Assembly: GCA_016927425.1 (NCBI GenBank)
Contig: JAFGMR010000073.1
Location: 14,234-78,233, forward strand
Direction of reading: 5' to 3'
Length of the DNA stretch: 64,000 nucleotides
DNA from: Methanotrichaceae archaeon
Lineage (GTDB): Archaea; Halobacteriota; Methanosarcinia; Methanotrichales; Methanotrichaceae
The translations under genes and the position numbers were made by a program. Below are positions 62,953 through 64,000 of the stretch, piece after piece; within the stretch, counting starts at the first letter, position 1, and each line of letters starts with the position of its first letter. Below the pieces are notes generated by a model that worked only from the letters and a program-made list of their open reading frames with translations, had not been told where the DNA came from and did no database searches.

Positions 62953-63145
62953 CGCCTTGCAGTCCCCACTCCATGTCCTTTCGAATGAAACGCTCCATCA
63001 TCTCATCCCCATGGCTCTCTAGGTATCGACGGAGTGCTTCCACCACCAGGCTGTCAAGATCTTGAAACCAGCCTGCTCGAATCTGCCCTTGGACCTGCTC
63101 GACCAAGGAAGCAGGAAGCGAGACGGTGGCTTTTACCTCTGACAT
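62945..63145 (-). CDS. ribbon-helix-helix (CopG/VapB-like) antitoxin
   Basis: ATG 63145 gives MSEVKATVSLPASLVEQVQGQIRAGWFQDLDSLVVEALRRYLE, a beta-strand + two-helix RHH pattern. Confidence 0.6.
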   Translation of the reverse strand: MSEVKATVSLPASLVEQVQGQIRAGWFQDLDSLVVEALRRYLESHGDEMMERFIRKDMEWGLQGDD

Positions 63146-63391
63146 GTCTTTATACTTTCGATCTTTTGCTAGTTCAATTTTTTGTTCGGGCCTCTTCACC
63201 AAACACTCTCAGTAGGGCGAGAAGCTCCTCCCCCCTCGTTACCGTCCGGCAGGCATTGCCTTGTACCTCCAGGGCCCAGTAGGACGAAGCAGTTGGCTGC
63301 CAGAGGCAGACCATTTCGCTGCGAGCGAGCCCCCTCCGGGCCGATCCCTCTCACCATCATCCTGAAGTATACATGGCGCCATCTATCATGT

Positions 63392-63988
63392 ATGATACTC
63401 GGCATAAGCGGAAGCCCGAGGAACCAGGCGACGGAATACGTCCTCGGCCAGGCCTTGAAGATGCTCGAGGAACGCGGGCATCCAACAGAGCTCTTCTCCG
63501 TCAGGGGAAAGGAGATCGGATTCTGCCGGCATTGCGACTACTGCCTGAAGAACAAGGAATGCTACTTCGAAGACGATATGTACACGCTATATCCACTCCT
63601 TCGCGAGTCCCGGGGGCTAGTGATAGCGACTCCGGTCTACAACGGCGGCCTCTCCGCCCAGACCAAGGCTGTCATGGACCGCTGCCGGGCGCTCTTTGCA
63701 GCCGAGATCGATGTTCTTCGCGGAAAGGCCGGAATGGCGATCGCTGTCGGCGGCGACCGCATGGGTGGCCAGGAGCTCGCAATCCAGCAGATACACGCGT
63801 TCTACATACTAAACGGCATGCTGCCTGTGGGCGGCGGATCCTTCGGCGCGAATCTGGGGGCTACCTTCTGGTCCCGGGATACGCTCGATGGGGTCCAGGA
63901 GGATGGGGAGGGGGCTCGAACGCTTCGAAAGACCGTTAGGAGGTTTGCCGAGGTTCTCGAAAGGGTGGAGGGCGACGGCGGGCGCTGA
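63392..63988 (+). CDS. isf: iron-sulfur flavoprotein (NADPH-dependent FMN reductase fold with a compact Cys motif)
   Basis: MILGISGSPRNQ start, CRHCDYCLKNKEC cluster motif and VIATPVYNGGLSAQ flavodoxin-like motif. 198 aa. Confidence 0.85.
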   Translation: MILGISGSPRNQATEYVLGQALKMLEERGHPTELFSVRGKEIGFCRHCDYCLKNKECYFEDDMYTLYPLLRESRGLVIATPVYNGGLSAQTKAVMDRCRALFAAEIDVLRGKAGMAIAVGGDRMGGQELAIQQIHAFYILNGMLPVGGGSFGANLGATFWSRDTLDGVQEDGEGARTLRKTVRRFAEVLERVEGDGGR

Positions 63989-64000
63989 TCGGCTGCCTTG

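Noticed and set aside
1-64000. CRISPR arrays, rRNA genes, and intact transposases or integrases
   Set aside because: No regularly spaced direct repeats, no rRNA-like conserved stretches and no full-length mobile-element genes were seen. The only mobile-element trace is the TnpB relic.

Overview
This is a GC-rich (by eye, high-50s %) archaeal chromosome segment. The gene content points to a methanogenic euryarchaeon of the Methanosarcinales/Methanotrichales type; this is an inference, with no database search. The supporting genes are:
- class I lysyl-tRNA synthetase
- r-proteins L18e and L37e, RNA polymerase subunits N and K, and an Sm protein
- a mevalonate pathway with isopentenyl phosphate kinase
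- Cam-type carbonic anhydrase and an iron-sulfur flavoprotein
- an AksA-like homocitrate synthase and Ahb haem genes

Most of the window is tightly packed housekeeping DNA:
- trkA and udg
- a trpD-F-E-G-C operon
- amt-glnK
- cobQ
- an 8 kb co-directional block running rpl18e-rpl13-rps9-rpoN-tRNAPro-rpoK-rps2-MEMO-mvk-ipk-fni-rnj-idsA
- asd, purF, lsm-rpl37e, pyrC, lysS and lysA

Four stretches look accessory or decayed:
- 5.36-5.84 kb: a TnpB relic.
- 46.8-56.1 kb: three secreted proteins, two translationally coupled cobalamin-type radical SAM genes, a large GNAT and an ABC-2 exporter.
- 56.2-58.5 kb: an Hfq-type Sm protein with a zinc-ribbon partner, a MNT/HEPN relic, an AT-rich island and a multi-lesion pseudogene.
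- 62.0-63.4 kb: an isf fragment fused to a truncated PIN gene beside an intact isf.

I saw no rRNA and no CRISPR array, and found one tRNA. Three genes absent from the ORF track were recovered by hand: rpoK, rpl37e and a partial DHH phosphoesterase at the left edge. The ORF track uses ATG/GTG/TTG and reports the longest ORFs, so many starts were trimmed by eye using conserved N-termini and Shine-Dalgarno-like GGAGG motifs. All family calls come from motif recognition and memory, not searches.

The best candidates for something new are the Hfq-like/zinc-ribbon pair and the orphan tandem B12-radical-SAM locus. Neither can be proven from sequence alone.
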